38,299 bases of DNA, from contig PWFM01000039.1 of the NCBI GenBank assembly GCA_003553895.1, positions 1 to 38,299 on the forward strand, read 5' to 3'. The notes below the pieces were generated by a model. It was not told the origin of the DNA and did not search any database. It saw nothing but the letters and a program-made list of their open reading frames with translations. Position numbers and translations under genes: made by a program. Positions 8,755 to 17,466 of this stretch are shown one piece after another (position 1 is the stretch's first letter; each line of letters starts with the position of its first letter). The stretch is from Syntrophomonadaceae bacterium. GTDB taxonomy: Bacteria; Bacillota; Dethiobacteria; DTU022.

Positions 8755-9540
8755 GTGGACCGGAACCGAACCGCGCCGGTGGAAATCATTAGAATCCGCC
8801 AGGGGGAGCATGAAAAAGTAGATGACCTGGTAACGATTGAAGCGCCGGTTACTATCTACCTGAATGGCGCTGAACTGGTTACCCTTCTCTGCACACCGGA
8901 AAAACTGGAGTTCCTGGCCCTCGGCTTCCTGCGTTCCGAAGGGCTCCTTTCCGAAATGGCGGACCTGGAATCGATCCGGGTCAGGGAAGAAGAAGGCCTG
9001 ATTGAGGTTGATTTGAAAAAAGGGGCCGGTCTTGCTGAAAAGCTCTATGGCAAAAGGACTGTGACTTCAGGCTGCGGCAAGGGCACGGTTTTCTTCAACG
9101 CCCTTGATTCCCTGCGCAGCAACCCCCTGACCGGAAAACTGCAGGTCAGCGCCGAAACAGCAATCGGATTGATGAGCTCTTTGCAGGAAAAAGCGGAATT
9201 GTATAAAGCTACCGGCGGGGTCCACAGCGCCGCTTTGGCCGACCAGGATCAGATCCTCTATTTTTGCGAAGATATCGGCCGCCACAATGCCATCGATAAA
9301 ATAGTGGGCCAGTGCCTGCGGGAAGGCATATCTACCGAAGATAAAATTATCGTCTCCAGCGGACGCCTCAGTTCGGAAATCCTGCTCAAATCGGCCAAGT
9401 TGAAAATTCAACTGCTCATCTCCCGGGCAGCGCCCACTTCGCTGTGCTTAGAACTGGCCCGAAACTTAAACATCACCCTGATCGGCTTTGCCCGGGGCAA
9501 ACGCTTAAACATCTATACCCACAGCTGGAGAATACTCTAG
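8755..9540 (+). CDS. fdhD: Formate dehydrogenase accessory sulfurtransferase FdhD
   Basis: ALGFLRSEG, TGGVHSAAL, EDIGRHNAIDK, SGRLSSEI, SRAAPT, LIGFARG. Confidence 0.95.
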   Translation: MDRNRTAPVEIIRIRQGEHEKVDDLVTIEAPVTIYLNGAELVTLLCTPEKLEFLALGFLRSEGLLSEMADLESIRVREEEGLIEVDLKKGAGLAEKLYGKRTVTSGCGKGTVFFNALDSLRSNPLTGKLQVSAETAIGLMSSLQEKAELYKATGGVHSAALADQDQILYFCEDIGRHNAIDKIVGQCLREGISTEDKIIVSSGRLSSEILLKSAKLKIQLLISRAAPTSLCLELARNLNITLIGFARGKRLNIYTHSWRIL

Positions 9541-9546
9541 CAAAAT

Positions 9547-9613
9547 TGGAATATCGGGGACGGTTCTAATTATTCCAGGGTGGGATGGAATATCGGGGAC
9601 GGTTCTAATTATT
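9547..9613. repeat. Two exact 28-bp direct repeats separated by 11 bp
   Basis: TGGAATATCGGGGACGGTTCTAATTATT at 9547-9574 and 9586-9613. Confidence 0.95.
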
Positions 9614-9633
9614 TTGAACGAGGAGGAAAGCCA

Positions 9634-10605
9634 GTGAAAAAAGTGTATGTGACCCGTAGAATACCCCAGAAAGCGTTGGATTTAATTGAAGCGGAGTGCC
9701 GGCTGGAAGTCAATCCCCACGACCGGGTTCTGAGCAGCGAAGAGCTGGCCGCAGCGGTCGGCGATGCCGAGGGCCTGTTGTGCCTGTTGACCGATCATAT
9801 TGACGCAAGCCTGCTCGATCAAGCGCCCCGGCTTAAAGTTGTCGCCAACTGCGCCGTCGGCTATGACAATATTGATGTCCAGGCCTGCACGGAAAGAAAG
9901 GTGGCAGTTTCCAATACCCCTGGTGTGCTGACAGAAACCACGGCCGATATGGCCTGGGCCCTGCTAATGGCCGCGGCGAGGCGGGTGGTCGAGGCTGATC
10001 GCTATGTCCGGGAAGGAAAGTTTAAGGCCTGGGAGCCAATGCTTTTTCTGGGCGAGGAAGTTAACAACAAGGTGCTTGGTCTGGTGGGGATGGGCCGGAT
10101 CGCCGCTGCGATGGCCAGGCGGGCTGCCGGCTTTAATATGACGGTGTTTTATTACGATGCCACCAGGAAAAGCCCGGAAGAAGAACAAGACCTGGGCGTG
10201 GAATATCGAAACCTCGAAGATCTGCTGCAGGAAGCCGACTATATATCCCTGCATGTTCCTTTGAATGATCAGACCAGGCATATGATTGGCGAGCGGGAAT
10301 TGAAACTAATGAAGGATACTGCTTACCTGGTCAATACCTCACGGGGTCCGGTAATCGATGAGGCAGCGCTGGTCCGGGCTTTAAAGAACAATAAGCCGGC
10401 CGGGGCGGCCCTGGATGTTTATGAACACGAACCTGAACTGGCCCCGGGTTTGGCCGAACTGGAAAATGTAACCCTGGCTCCCCATATTGCCAGCGCCACC
10501 GTGCAAACCAGGACCAGGATGGCGGTTATGGCCGCAGAGAACCTGCTGGCCGGTTTAAAAGGGGAGAAGATGCCCAATCTTGTCAACAAGGAACTGGAAC
10601 TATAA
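9634..10605 (+). CDS. D-2-hydroxyacid dehydrogenase (glyoxylate/hydroxypyruvate reductase-like)
   Basis: AVGYDNID, NTPGVLTETTAD, GMGRIA, NTSRGPVIDE, LDVYEHEP, PHIASA. AGGAGG RBS before GTG 9634. Confidence 0.93.
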   Translation: MKKVYVTRRIPQKALDLIEAECRLEVNPHDRVLSSEELAAAVGDAEGLLCLLTDHIDASLLDQAPRLKVVANCAVGYDNIDVQACTERKVAVSNTPGVLTETTADMAWALLMAAARRVVEADRYVREGKFKAWEPMLFLGEEVNNKVLGLVGMGRIAAAMARRAAGFNMTVFYYDATRKSPEEEQDLGVEYRNLEDLLQEADYISLHVPLNDQTRHMIGERELKLMKDTAYLVNTSRGPVIDEAALVRALKNNKPAGAALDVYEHEPELAPGLAELENVTLAPHIASATVQTRTRMAVMAAENLLAGLKGEKMPNLVNKELEL

Positions 10606-10622
10606 CAGGTGACCGGGTAAAT

Positions 10623-11516
10623 TTACTTTTTTATTAACCCGGCAGTGGCCAACTTTCGAATCGTTTCTTTATCCCTGATCAGGTTCTCATCCATGTGCAG
10701 TTTTTTGGCATGGACGTTAACCTCGTCAAGATAGAAACCGGTCCGGTACTCGACCTCTTCCTTAAGTGTTCGCTGGACTTCGTGGAGCAGTTTATCAAGC
10801 CGCAACTCCGGTAAACGGGCCAGGTCGATAGCCAGTTCTATCTCTAAAACCACCCTGGATCTCCCGTTTTCCAGATCAAGGGAGAGTACTTTATAAATGC
10901 CGGGGAGTTCTGAAATCAGGTGCCGGGCCAGATCGGTAATGACATGCTCGGCAATGTAAAAATTACCCAGGTTGCTAAAAATCGGCCTGATTACGGAACG
11001 TTCCGGGGGGACATCACCTGTTTTGGCGGAAGGAAGGTTGAAAAAAGAACGGACCGGATCGATAATATAACCGGGGAATTCTTTTTTGATGGCAAATGTA
11101 GGCAGCGGTATGACATGGCGGTTATCCCTGGCTCTTATGGCCATGGCTTTTTTAATTGAATCTCTATCTGATACTTCCTCGATGTTGTAGATGAAAGTTG
11201 GCCTGGGCAGGCCCAGGTTTTCGGCAATTACTTCGGACATCCGCCTGGAAGTGCCCAGAATCAAGATTTTTGGGGGTTTGATTTCTTCAATTTTTTCCCT
11301 TACCTGCCGGGCATGTTCAGGATCTTTAAACACAGCCCGTTTTATAGCTCCATAGCGGGTGCTTTCCCTTTTTGCCGAACGTCCGGCCAGGTTGTGATGG
11401 CCCTTAATCAACAAGCCGTCGTCCACAATATATTCTATATCATGCTTCTTCGCCAGCAGCGGGGCATGATGGCTTTTTCCGGTTCCACTATGTCCGATTA
11501 AAGCGTATACTTCCAT
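10623..11516 (-). CDS. P-loop-containing protein with C-terminal Asp23/Gls24-like domain
   Basis: N-terminal Walker A GHSGTGKS. C-terminal IAEHVITDLA...VQRTLKEEVEYRTGFYLDEVNVHA resembles the Asp23 fold. Confidence 0.7.
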   Translation of the reverse strand: MEVYALIGHSGTGKSHHAPLLAKKHDIEYIVDDGLLIKGHHNLAGRSAKRESTRYGAIKRAVFKDPEHARQVREKIEEIKPPKILILGTSRRMSEVIAENLGLPRPTFIYNIEEVSDRDSIKKAMAIRARDNRHVIPLPTFAIKKEFPGYIIDPVRSFFNLPSAKTGDVPPERSVIRPIFSNLGNFYIAEHVITDLARHLISELPGIYKVLSLDLENGRSRVVLEIELAIDLARLPELRLDKLLHEVQRTLKEEVEYRTGFYLDEVNVHAKKLHMDENLIRDKETIRKLATAGLIKK

Positions 11517-11741
11517 AAAGGACCCTTTCAGGGCTGATAATTTAGCAGACTTTGTTTGCTGCTACTTGCGCCGCTTTTAAAAACTGTTTATTATTATAAC
11601 ATATAAATACCAGATCTTCAGGCGGGACCCCGGCCTCCCGGTTTTATTTGTCGAAGAGCTCCAGTGTTAGTCCCATCAAACCAGGGGTCCGGTAAACCTG
11701 TCAATATAAACTACAGACATAAAGATTAAGGAGAAAAGGCC

Positions 11742-13022
11742 ATGATCATCATAACCTCACCCCGGGAAAAACTGGCAGGAGAGCTAACGATACCGGGTGA
11801 CAAGTCGATCACGCACCGGGCGATCATGCTTGGCGCCCTGGCCCGTGGAGTGACCGAGATCAGGGGGTTTCTCGACGCCGAGGACTGCTGGTCTACGGTG
11901 AACTGCCTGAGGGCCCTGGGAGTGAAGATTACTTTAAAAGGCAGGCGCCTACTGGTCGAAGGGCGTAACAAAAAACTGACCGAACCGGCCGGTAAACTAG
12001 ATGCCGGCAATTCCGGCACGACGGCCCGTCTCCTTTTGGGAATCCTGGCCGGACAGGATTTCCGGGCCACACTTTCCGGAGACCGCTCTTTACAGCAAAG
12101 GCCGATGAAAAGAATAATTGATCCGCTCCGGCAGATGGGTGCTGATTTTGAAGATAACGAAGGAACCCTGCCTATATCGATCAGGGGCGGAAAGCTGCAG
12201 CCAATCAGCTTTAAATCACCCCGGGCCAGCGCCCAGGTCAAATCGGCTGTTCTGCTGGCCGGGCTTTTTGCCGACGGGGCGACAGTTGTCGAAGAACCAT
12301 CCCGGAGCCGGAACCACACCGAGCTGATGCTTTCTCGATTCGGAGCCGGGATCAGGGTTGACGACAACCGGATTACCTTGCAGGGCAGGACTGTTTTAAA
12401 AGGCGGCCCGGTCCGGATCCCGGGTGATATCTCAGCCGCCGCTTTTTTAATGGTCGCCGCGGCGATTACCCCTGGTTCGGAGCTGCTGCTTAAAGATGTG
12501 GGTGTTAATCCGACCAGGAGCGGTGTTATCGATGTTCTGCTTGAGATGGGCGCCTCGCTGGAGCTGCAGCAAGAAAAAACCTGGGGCCGGGAACCGGTCG
12601 CTGATATTATGGTTAAAGGCAATACCGGTTTAAAAGGAGTTAAAATCGGTGGCGAAATGATTCCCCGCCTGATTGATGAGATACCGGTCCTGGCCGTGGC
12701 TGCTGCTGTGGCCGAGGGAAAAACCATAATCAGCGATGCTTCGGAACTGAGAGTTAAAGAATCGGACCGGATTTCTGCTTTGGCCGGAGAGCTAAAAAAA
12801 ATGGGCGTTCGTATCGAAGAAACAGATGACGGCCTGGTTATAGAAGGCGGGGAAAAATTGCAGGGAGCCGATGTGCAAAGCTGTGGAGATCACCGTGTTG
12901 CCATGGCCCTGGCTGTAGCCGGCCTGGCGGCGGAAGGAGAAACCGCTGTTAGCGATGCCGAAGTGATTAACATCTCCTTCCCCGGTTTCATGCAGGCGCT
13001 GCGCTCCGTAATTGATAATTAA
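11742..13022 (+). CDS. aroA: 3-phosphoshikimate 1-carboxyvinyltransferase (EPSP synthase)
   Basis: PGDKSITHR, GNSGTTARL, RPM, SAQVKSA, RNHTE, IDEIP, RVKESDRI, DHR. Confidence 0.97.
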   Translation: MIIITSPREKLAGELTIPGDKSITHRAIMLGALARGVTEIRGFLDAEDCWSTVNCLRALGVKITLKGRRLLVEGRNKKLTEPAGKLDAGNSGTTARLLLGILAGQDFRATLSGDRSLQQRPMKRIIDPLRQMGADFEDNEGTLPISIRGGKLQPISFKSPRASAQVKSAVLLAGLFADGATVVEEPSRSRNHTELMLSRFGAGIRVDDNRITLQGRTVLKGGPVRIPGDISAAAFLMVAAAITPGSELLLKDVGVNPTRSGVIDVLLEMGASLELQQEKTWGREPVADIMVKGNTGLKGVKIGGEMIPRLIDEIPVLAVAAAVAEGKTIISDASELRVKESDRISALAGELKKMGVRIEETDDGLVIEGGEKLQGADVQSCGDHRVAMALAVAGLAAEGETAVSDAEVINISFPGFMQALRSVIDN

Positions 13023-13028
13023 GCTTAA

Positions 13029-13057
13029 TTGACGCTGATGGTTACTTATGTTAATAT
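13029..13057 (+). promoter_or_regulatory. Putative SigA promoter for the his-aro operon
   Basis: TTGACG-17 bp-TAATAT with a TG extension, in the AT-rich aroA-hisD gap. Confidence 0.45.
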
Positions 13058-13128
13058 ATGGTTGTTGTTTCCAGTAGTTAACATCCTATTACCCGTTCAT
13101 CATTACACCCAGGTTAGGAGCGCCACTG

Positions 13129-14427
13129 ATGCTACCCCTATATTCATATAAGCAGTACAAGCAGAATCGACCGGATCCTTCGCCCCTGGATTATGCTAAT
13201 GAGCGCGAACAGGTAGCCGAGATTATTGAAACAGTAAGGCGCAGCGGCGATTCGGCTCTGAAAGCATATACCCTCCGTTTTGACCAGGCCGACCTGCGGG
13301 AGTTGAAAGCAGCGGACCGGGAAATTGAGCAGGCAACAGGGGAAGTGGATCCCTTGTTGCTTGCGGCTATCCGGGAAGCGAAAGGCAATATTGAAAGGTA
13401 CCACCGCCACCAGCTGGCCCAGAACTGGTGGGAAAGCGGGCCCGGCTGGACCGCCGGTCAGCGTTATATACCCCTGCAGTCGGTCGGCGCTTATATCCCC
13501 GGCGGGACTGCCGCCTATCCTTCTTCCGTGCTCATGACTGTAGTGCCGGCGAAAGTGGCCGGGGTAAAAGAAATCTATATCTGCACTCCCCCCGACAGTT
13601 CCGGGAGGATTAATCCGCTGACCCTTGCCGCTGCCCGGGAAGCGGGGGTCTCGGCCGTGTTTAAAATAGGAGGGGCCCAGGCTGTTGCCGCCATGGCTTA
13701 CGGGACGGAAACAATTCCGGCCGCGCAAAAGATTGTCGGTCCCGGCAATATTTATGTCACCCTGGCTAAAAAAGAAGTTTTCGGCCAGGTCGGGATAGAC
13801 ATGCTGGCCGGGCCCAGCGAAATAGTGATCGTGGCCGGAGCGGAGGCCAGGGCTGATTATATTGCCGCGGACCTGCTTTCCCAGGCCGAGCACGATCCCC
13901 TGTCCCGTTCACTGCTGGTTACTCCATCGGAAAATCTGGCTGCGGAGGTAAAAAATCACCTGGCGGAACAAATAATTTCCCTGCCCAGGAGGAGAATAGC
14001 CGAGCAATCGCTAACAGAACAAGGAGCGGTTATAATGGTCCCCGGCCTGGAAGAAGCCTGGCCGGTGGTAAACGACCTCGCTCCCGAGCACCTTGAGTTG
14101 CACCTGGATGAAGCCTGGCAGTACCTGGACCGCATAACCAGCGCCGGGGCGGTCTTTATCGGCCCCTATACGCCGGAATCCCTGGGCGATTACTGGGCCG
14201 GCTCCAACCACGTTTTGCCTACTTCGCGGGCGGCGCGCTACGCCTCCGCCCTCGGGGTTGCTGACTTTATAAAAAGGTCACAGGTGATCTGCTATACTAA
14301 AGAAGCGCTGCAGGAATCGGCAAGCCGGATTGCCGCCCTGGCCCGGGCGGAGGGACTGGAAGCCCATGCCCGTTCAGTGCTGATGAGGAGGCATAAAAAT
14401 GACCCGCAGGGCCAAGATAGAACGTAA
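13129..14427 (+). CDS. hisD: Histidinol dehydrogenase
   Basis: YIPGG, GGAQAVAA, GPGN, IDMLAGPSE, SQAEHD, APEHL, GDYWAGSNHVLPT. Confidence 0.97.
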   Translation: MLPLYSYKQYKQNRPDPSPLDYANEREQVAEIIETVRRSGDSALKAYTLRFDQADLRELKAADREIEQATGEVDPLLLAAIREAKGNIERYHRHQLAQNWWESGPGWTAGQRYIPLQSVGAYIPGGTAAYPSSVLMTVVPAKVAGVKEIYICTPPDSSGRINPLTLAAAREAGVSAVFKIGGAQAVAAMAYGTETIPAAQKIVGPGNIYVTLAKKEVFGQVGIDMLAGPSEIVIVAGAEARADYIAADLLSQAEHDPLSRSLLVTPSENLAAEVKNHLAEQIISLPRRRIAEQSLTEQGAVIMVPGLEEAWPVVNDLAPEHLELHLDEAWQYLDRITSAGAVFIGPYTPESLGDYWAGSNHVLPTSRAARYASALGVADFIKRSQVICYTKEALQESASRIAALARAEGLEAHARSVLMRRHKNDPQGQDRT

Positions 14428-14989
14428 AACCAGGGAAACCTCAATATTCCTGGACTTAAATATTGACGGCAGTGGCGAAGCCGATTTAAAAACGGGCCTG
14501 CCTTTCCTGGAGCACATGCTTAACCTGTGGTGCCGCCACGGTTTTTTTGACCTGGTTATCAGGGCTGAAGGAGATCTTGAGGTTGATCCCCACCACCTGG
14601 TGGAAGACCTTGGTATCTGCCTGGGCCGCAGCTGGCAGCAGGCCCTGGGAGATAAGAGGGGGATCAGGCGTTACGGTTTTACGATGACTCCTATGGATGA
14701 AGCGCTGGTAACTGCTGCCGCCGATCTTTCCGGCCGCTCCTGGCTGCATTATGATCTGAAGACGCCTCCGGGCGAAGTTGGTTCTATGGACACAGAACTT
14801 TTTGCGGTCTTCTGGCAGGCCTTTGCCGATGAAGGGCGGTTTAACCTGCACCTGGTTTTAAACCACGGCCAAAACAAGCACCATATAATTGAAGCCTCTT
14901 TCAAGGCCGCCGCCCGGGCTTTAAACGAAGCCGCCACCCTGCTTAAGGGCTACGATGAAATTTTATCCACCAAGGGTAGACTGGAATGA
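14399..14989 (+). CDS. hisB: Imidazoleglycerol-phosphate dehydratase
   Basis: RKTRET, FLEHML, DPHHLVED, PMDEAL, NKHHIIEA, STKG. Confidence 0.97.
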   Translation: MTRRAKIERKTRETSIFLDLNIDGSGEADLKTGLPFLEHMLNLWCRHGFFDLVIRAEGDLEVDPHHLVEDLGICLGRSWQQALGDKRGIRRYGFTMTPMDEALVTAAADLSGRSWLHYDLKTPPGEVGSMDTELFAVFWQAFADEGRFNLHLVLNHGQNKHHIIEASFKAAARALNEAATLLKGYDEILSTKGRLE

Positions 14990-14999
14990 GGTGACCGCT

Positions 15000-15719
15000 A
15001 TGCTGGTAATTCCCGCCATTGATTTAAGGAAAGGCCGCTGTGTCAGGCTCTACCAGGGCGATCCCGAAAGAGAAACCGTCTACGGTGATAATCCTGTGGA
15101 AGTTGCCCGCCAGTGGGAACAGCTGGGGGCAAAAATGCTGCACCTGGTCGATCTGGACGGCGCTTTTACCGGCATGTCCCAGAATGCGAAGGTGATCAGC
15201 GCGATCGGTGAAGAAGTCAGGATCCCGCTTCAGCTGGGCGGGGGGATAAGATCCCGGGAAGCGGTAGAAAAAGCAATTTCCTTCGGTATTTCCAGGGTTA
15301 TCATTGGCACTATCGGTATAGAAGAACCCGACCTGGCCCGGGAGCTGATTAAAGATTTCGGCGCAAGTATCCTGGTCGGCATTGACGCTCGGGACGGAAA
15401 GGTGGCCGTCAAAGGCTGGACCGAGTCTTCGGCGGTGGAAACCGTGGAGCTGGCCAGGCAGGTTGAGCAGTGGGGAGTGAAAGAAATAATATATACCGAT
15501 ATTAAAAAGGACGGGACCATGCAGGGTCCTTCGCTGGAGGGCTTAGAAGAAATTATTGAGAAGACCTCGCTGCAGGTGATCGTCTCAGGCGGAATATCCT
15601 CGAAAGAAGACCTGGCTTTGCTCAAACCGTTCAGCAGCCGCGTCAGGGGCGTGATCATCGGTAAAGCCCTTTACACCAATCAGCTCACTCTGCCCGATGC
15701 CATGGCCGTATTTGAATAA
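15000..15719 (+). CDS. hisA: ProFAR isomerase
   Basis: VIPAIDLRKGRCVRL, HLVDLDGA, GGGIR, TDI..DGTMQG, SGGI, GKALY. GAGGTG RBS before ATG 15000. Confidence 0.96.
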   Translation: MLVIPAIDLRKGRCVRLYQGDPERETVYGDNPVEVARQWEQLGAKMLHLVDLDGAFTGMSQNAKVISAIGEEVRIPLQLGGGIRSREAVEKAISFGISRVIIGTIGIEEPDLARELIKDFGASILVGIDARDGKVAVKGWTESSAVETVELARQVEQWGVKEIIYTDIKKDGTMQGPSLEGLEEIIEKTSLQVIVSGGISSKEDLALLKPFSSRVRGVIIGKALYTNQLTLPDAMAVFE

Positions 15720-15764
15720 ATTTTTATTAAGCAATCAAAACAATACCCGGACGGAGGTTTAAGC

Positions 15765-16154
15765 GTGGGAGATTTTAAAAGTGATCAAGAATTGCATCCC
15801 CTGGAGTTGGGAGAATTAAAATACGACCGGGACGGCCTGGTCCCGGCGGTGATCCAGGATCACCGCAATAACAGCGTCCTCATGGTCGGCTACATGGATA
15901 AAGAAGCCATCAGGCGCACTTTAGATAGTGGCAGAGTTTGCTTCTGGAGCCGCAGCCGCCGGGAGTACTGGGTCAAAGGCGAGAGTTCGGGCAACTTCTT
16001 CGAGGTAAAAAGTATACATGCCGATTGCGATGCCGATACCCTGCTGGTTAAGGTTATTCCTCTAGGGCCGGGCCTGGCCTGCCATACCGGGCGCTATTCA
16101 TGCTTTTTTAATACCCTGACCGGTTTTGATCAAGGGGAGCAAGGAAATGATTGA
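15765..16154 (+). CDS. hisI: Phosphoribosyl-AMP cyclohydrolase (monofunctional)
   Basis: WSRSR, KGESSG, DCDAD, ACHTG..SCF. No HisE domain. Confidence 0.95.
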   Translation: MGDFKSDQELHPLELGELKYDRDGLVPAVIQDHRNNSVLMVGYMDKEAIRRTLDSGRVCFWSRSRREYWVKGESSGNFFEVKSIHADCDADTLLVKVIPLGPGLACHTGRYSCFFNTLTGFDQGEQGND

Positions 16155-16944
16155 TTACCACCTTCACACTGCGCGCTGCTGCCATGCAACCGGCGCCCTC
16201 GATCAATACGTGGCTGAGGCGGAGAAGAAAAAGCTGGCCGAAATCGGCTTTGCCGACCACTTTCCGCTGGCCCTGCTGGGCTTTGCACCCCGCAACCAGG
16301 TGACAATGAACCCCGGAGAGCTGGATGAATACATGGAGCAGGTGCATGCCCTGAAAAAGAGCTCCGGTCCGGTTAAGGTCAAGGTGGGAATAGAAGTTGA
16401 CTACCTGCCCGGGACAGAAGAAAGAGTGGCGGAACTGCTGGGCCAGTGGAATTTTGACTATGTTATCGGTTCGATCCATTTTCTTGGCGACTGGGACTTT
16501 ACCCACCCCGTATATGCTGATGATTATAAAAATAAAGATATGGCCGCCCTTTATCGCCGCTACTATGCCCTGGTGAACCGGGTTTGTGAATGCCGGCTTT
16601 TTGATATTATCGGCCACATCGACGTGGTCAAGAAGTTCGGTTACCGCCCGCAGGAGGACCTGGAGGCGATCCGGCTCGAAACGGCCCGCCTGCTCCATAA
16701 AACGGGCACCTGTCTGGAGCTTAATACCGCCGGCAGGGATGCCCCGGTGGGCGAGTTTTATCCCGACCGGCAATTCTTGGCCATGTGCCGCTCCGAGGGA
16801 GTCGAGGTCACCCTGGGCTCAGATGCCCATGCCCCGGATCAGGTGGGACGCTATTTTCCGGAAGCCATAGAACTGTTAAAAAAAACCGGATACCAGGAAC
16901 TGACCGTATTCGAGGGCCGTAAAAAAAGCAAACAACCTCTATAA
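16147..16944 (+). CDS. PHP-family histidinol-phosphatase (HisJ/HisK type)
   Basis: DYHLHT, ADH, GIEVDY, IGSIH, GHID, GSDAH; lies in the his cluster. Start ATG 16147. Confidence 0.9.
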   Translation: MIDYHLHTARCCHATGALDQYVAEAEKKKLAEIGFADHFPLALLGFAPRNQVTMNPGELDEYMEQVHALKKSSGPVKVKVGIEVDYLPGTEERVAELLGQWNFDYVIGSIHFLGDWDFTHPVYADDYKNKDMAALYRRYYALVNRVCECRLFDIIGHIDVVKKFGYRPQEDLEAIRLETARLLHKTGTCLELNTAGRDAPVGEFYPDRQFLAMCRSEGVEVTLGSDAHAPDQVGRYFPEAIELLKKTGYQELTVFEGRKKSKQPL

Positions 16945-16978
16945 AAGAGAGACTTTTAAGGGAAAAGGAGAGCAGGCC

Positions 16979-17464
16979 GTGCCCGATCTGTATTGTGATC
17001 GTATCGATACGCCAAAAGGCGTTTTTTTGCTTTTATTTCACCCCGGCGGCATCTACAGGATCTATTTTCCCGGCCGGGAACCGGCACAAGCTTATCCGGA
17101 GGGCAAGTTGCCCTGGAGCGGGCTGGTTGAAGATTTTAACCGGTACCTGGCCGGCGAAGTGGTGGACTGGTCGCATTATCCCCTCGATACTTCCGGCTAT
17201 CGTTCTTTTACCAGAAGGCTCCTCGATCAGGTCCGCCAGATCCCCTTTGGCCGGGTGTGCACATACCGGGAAGCCGCCGAAAAAGCCGGATCTCCCCGGG
17301 CCTGGCGGGCGGCCGGGCAGGCTTTAAAAGCCAACCGCCATCCGGTCCTGGTGCCCTGCCACCGGGTAATTGCCAGCGGAGGCAAACCGGGTGGTTTCAG
17401 CGGGCCGCCCGGCTGGAAACAGATGCTGCTGGATATTGAAGCAGGGCGGGACAGGAGGCGGTAA
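16979..17464 (+). CDS. ogt: Methylated-DNA--protein-cysteine methyltransferase
   Basis: IPFGRVCTY, RAAG, active site PCHRV. Confidence 0.9.
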   Translation: MPDLYCDRIDTPKGVFLLLFHPGGIYRIYFPGREPAQAYPEGKLPWSGLVEDFNRYLAGEVVDWSHYPLDTSGYRSFTRRLLDQVRQIPFGRVCTYREAAEKAGSPRAWRAAGQALKANRHPVLVPCHRVIASGGKPGGFSGPPGWKQMLLDIEAGRDRRR

Positions 17465-17466
17465 AT

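Noticed and set aside
9547-9613. 28-bp repeats as a CRISPR array
   Set aside because: Only two copies, an 11-bp spacer, and no cas genes or leader.
11726-12727. Long antisense ORFs (also 6045-7031, 13144-13893, 16108-16773, 25176-26078)
   Set aside because: Shadow frames of well-conserved genes in GC-rich DNA; no recognisable motifs.
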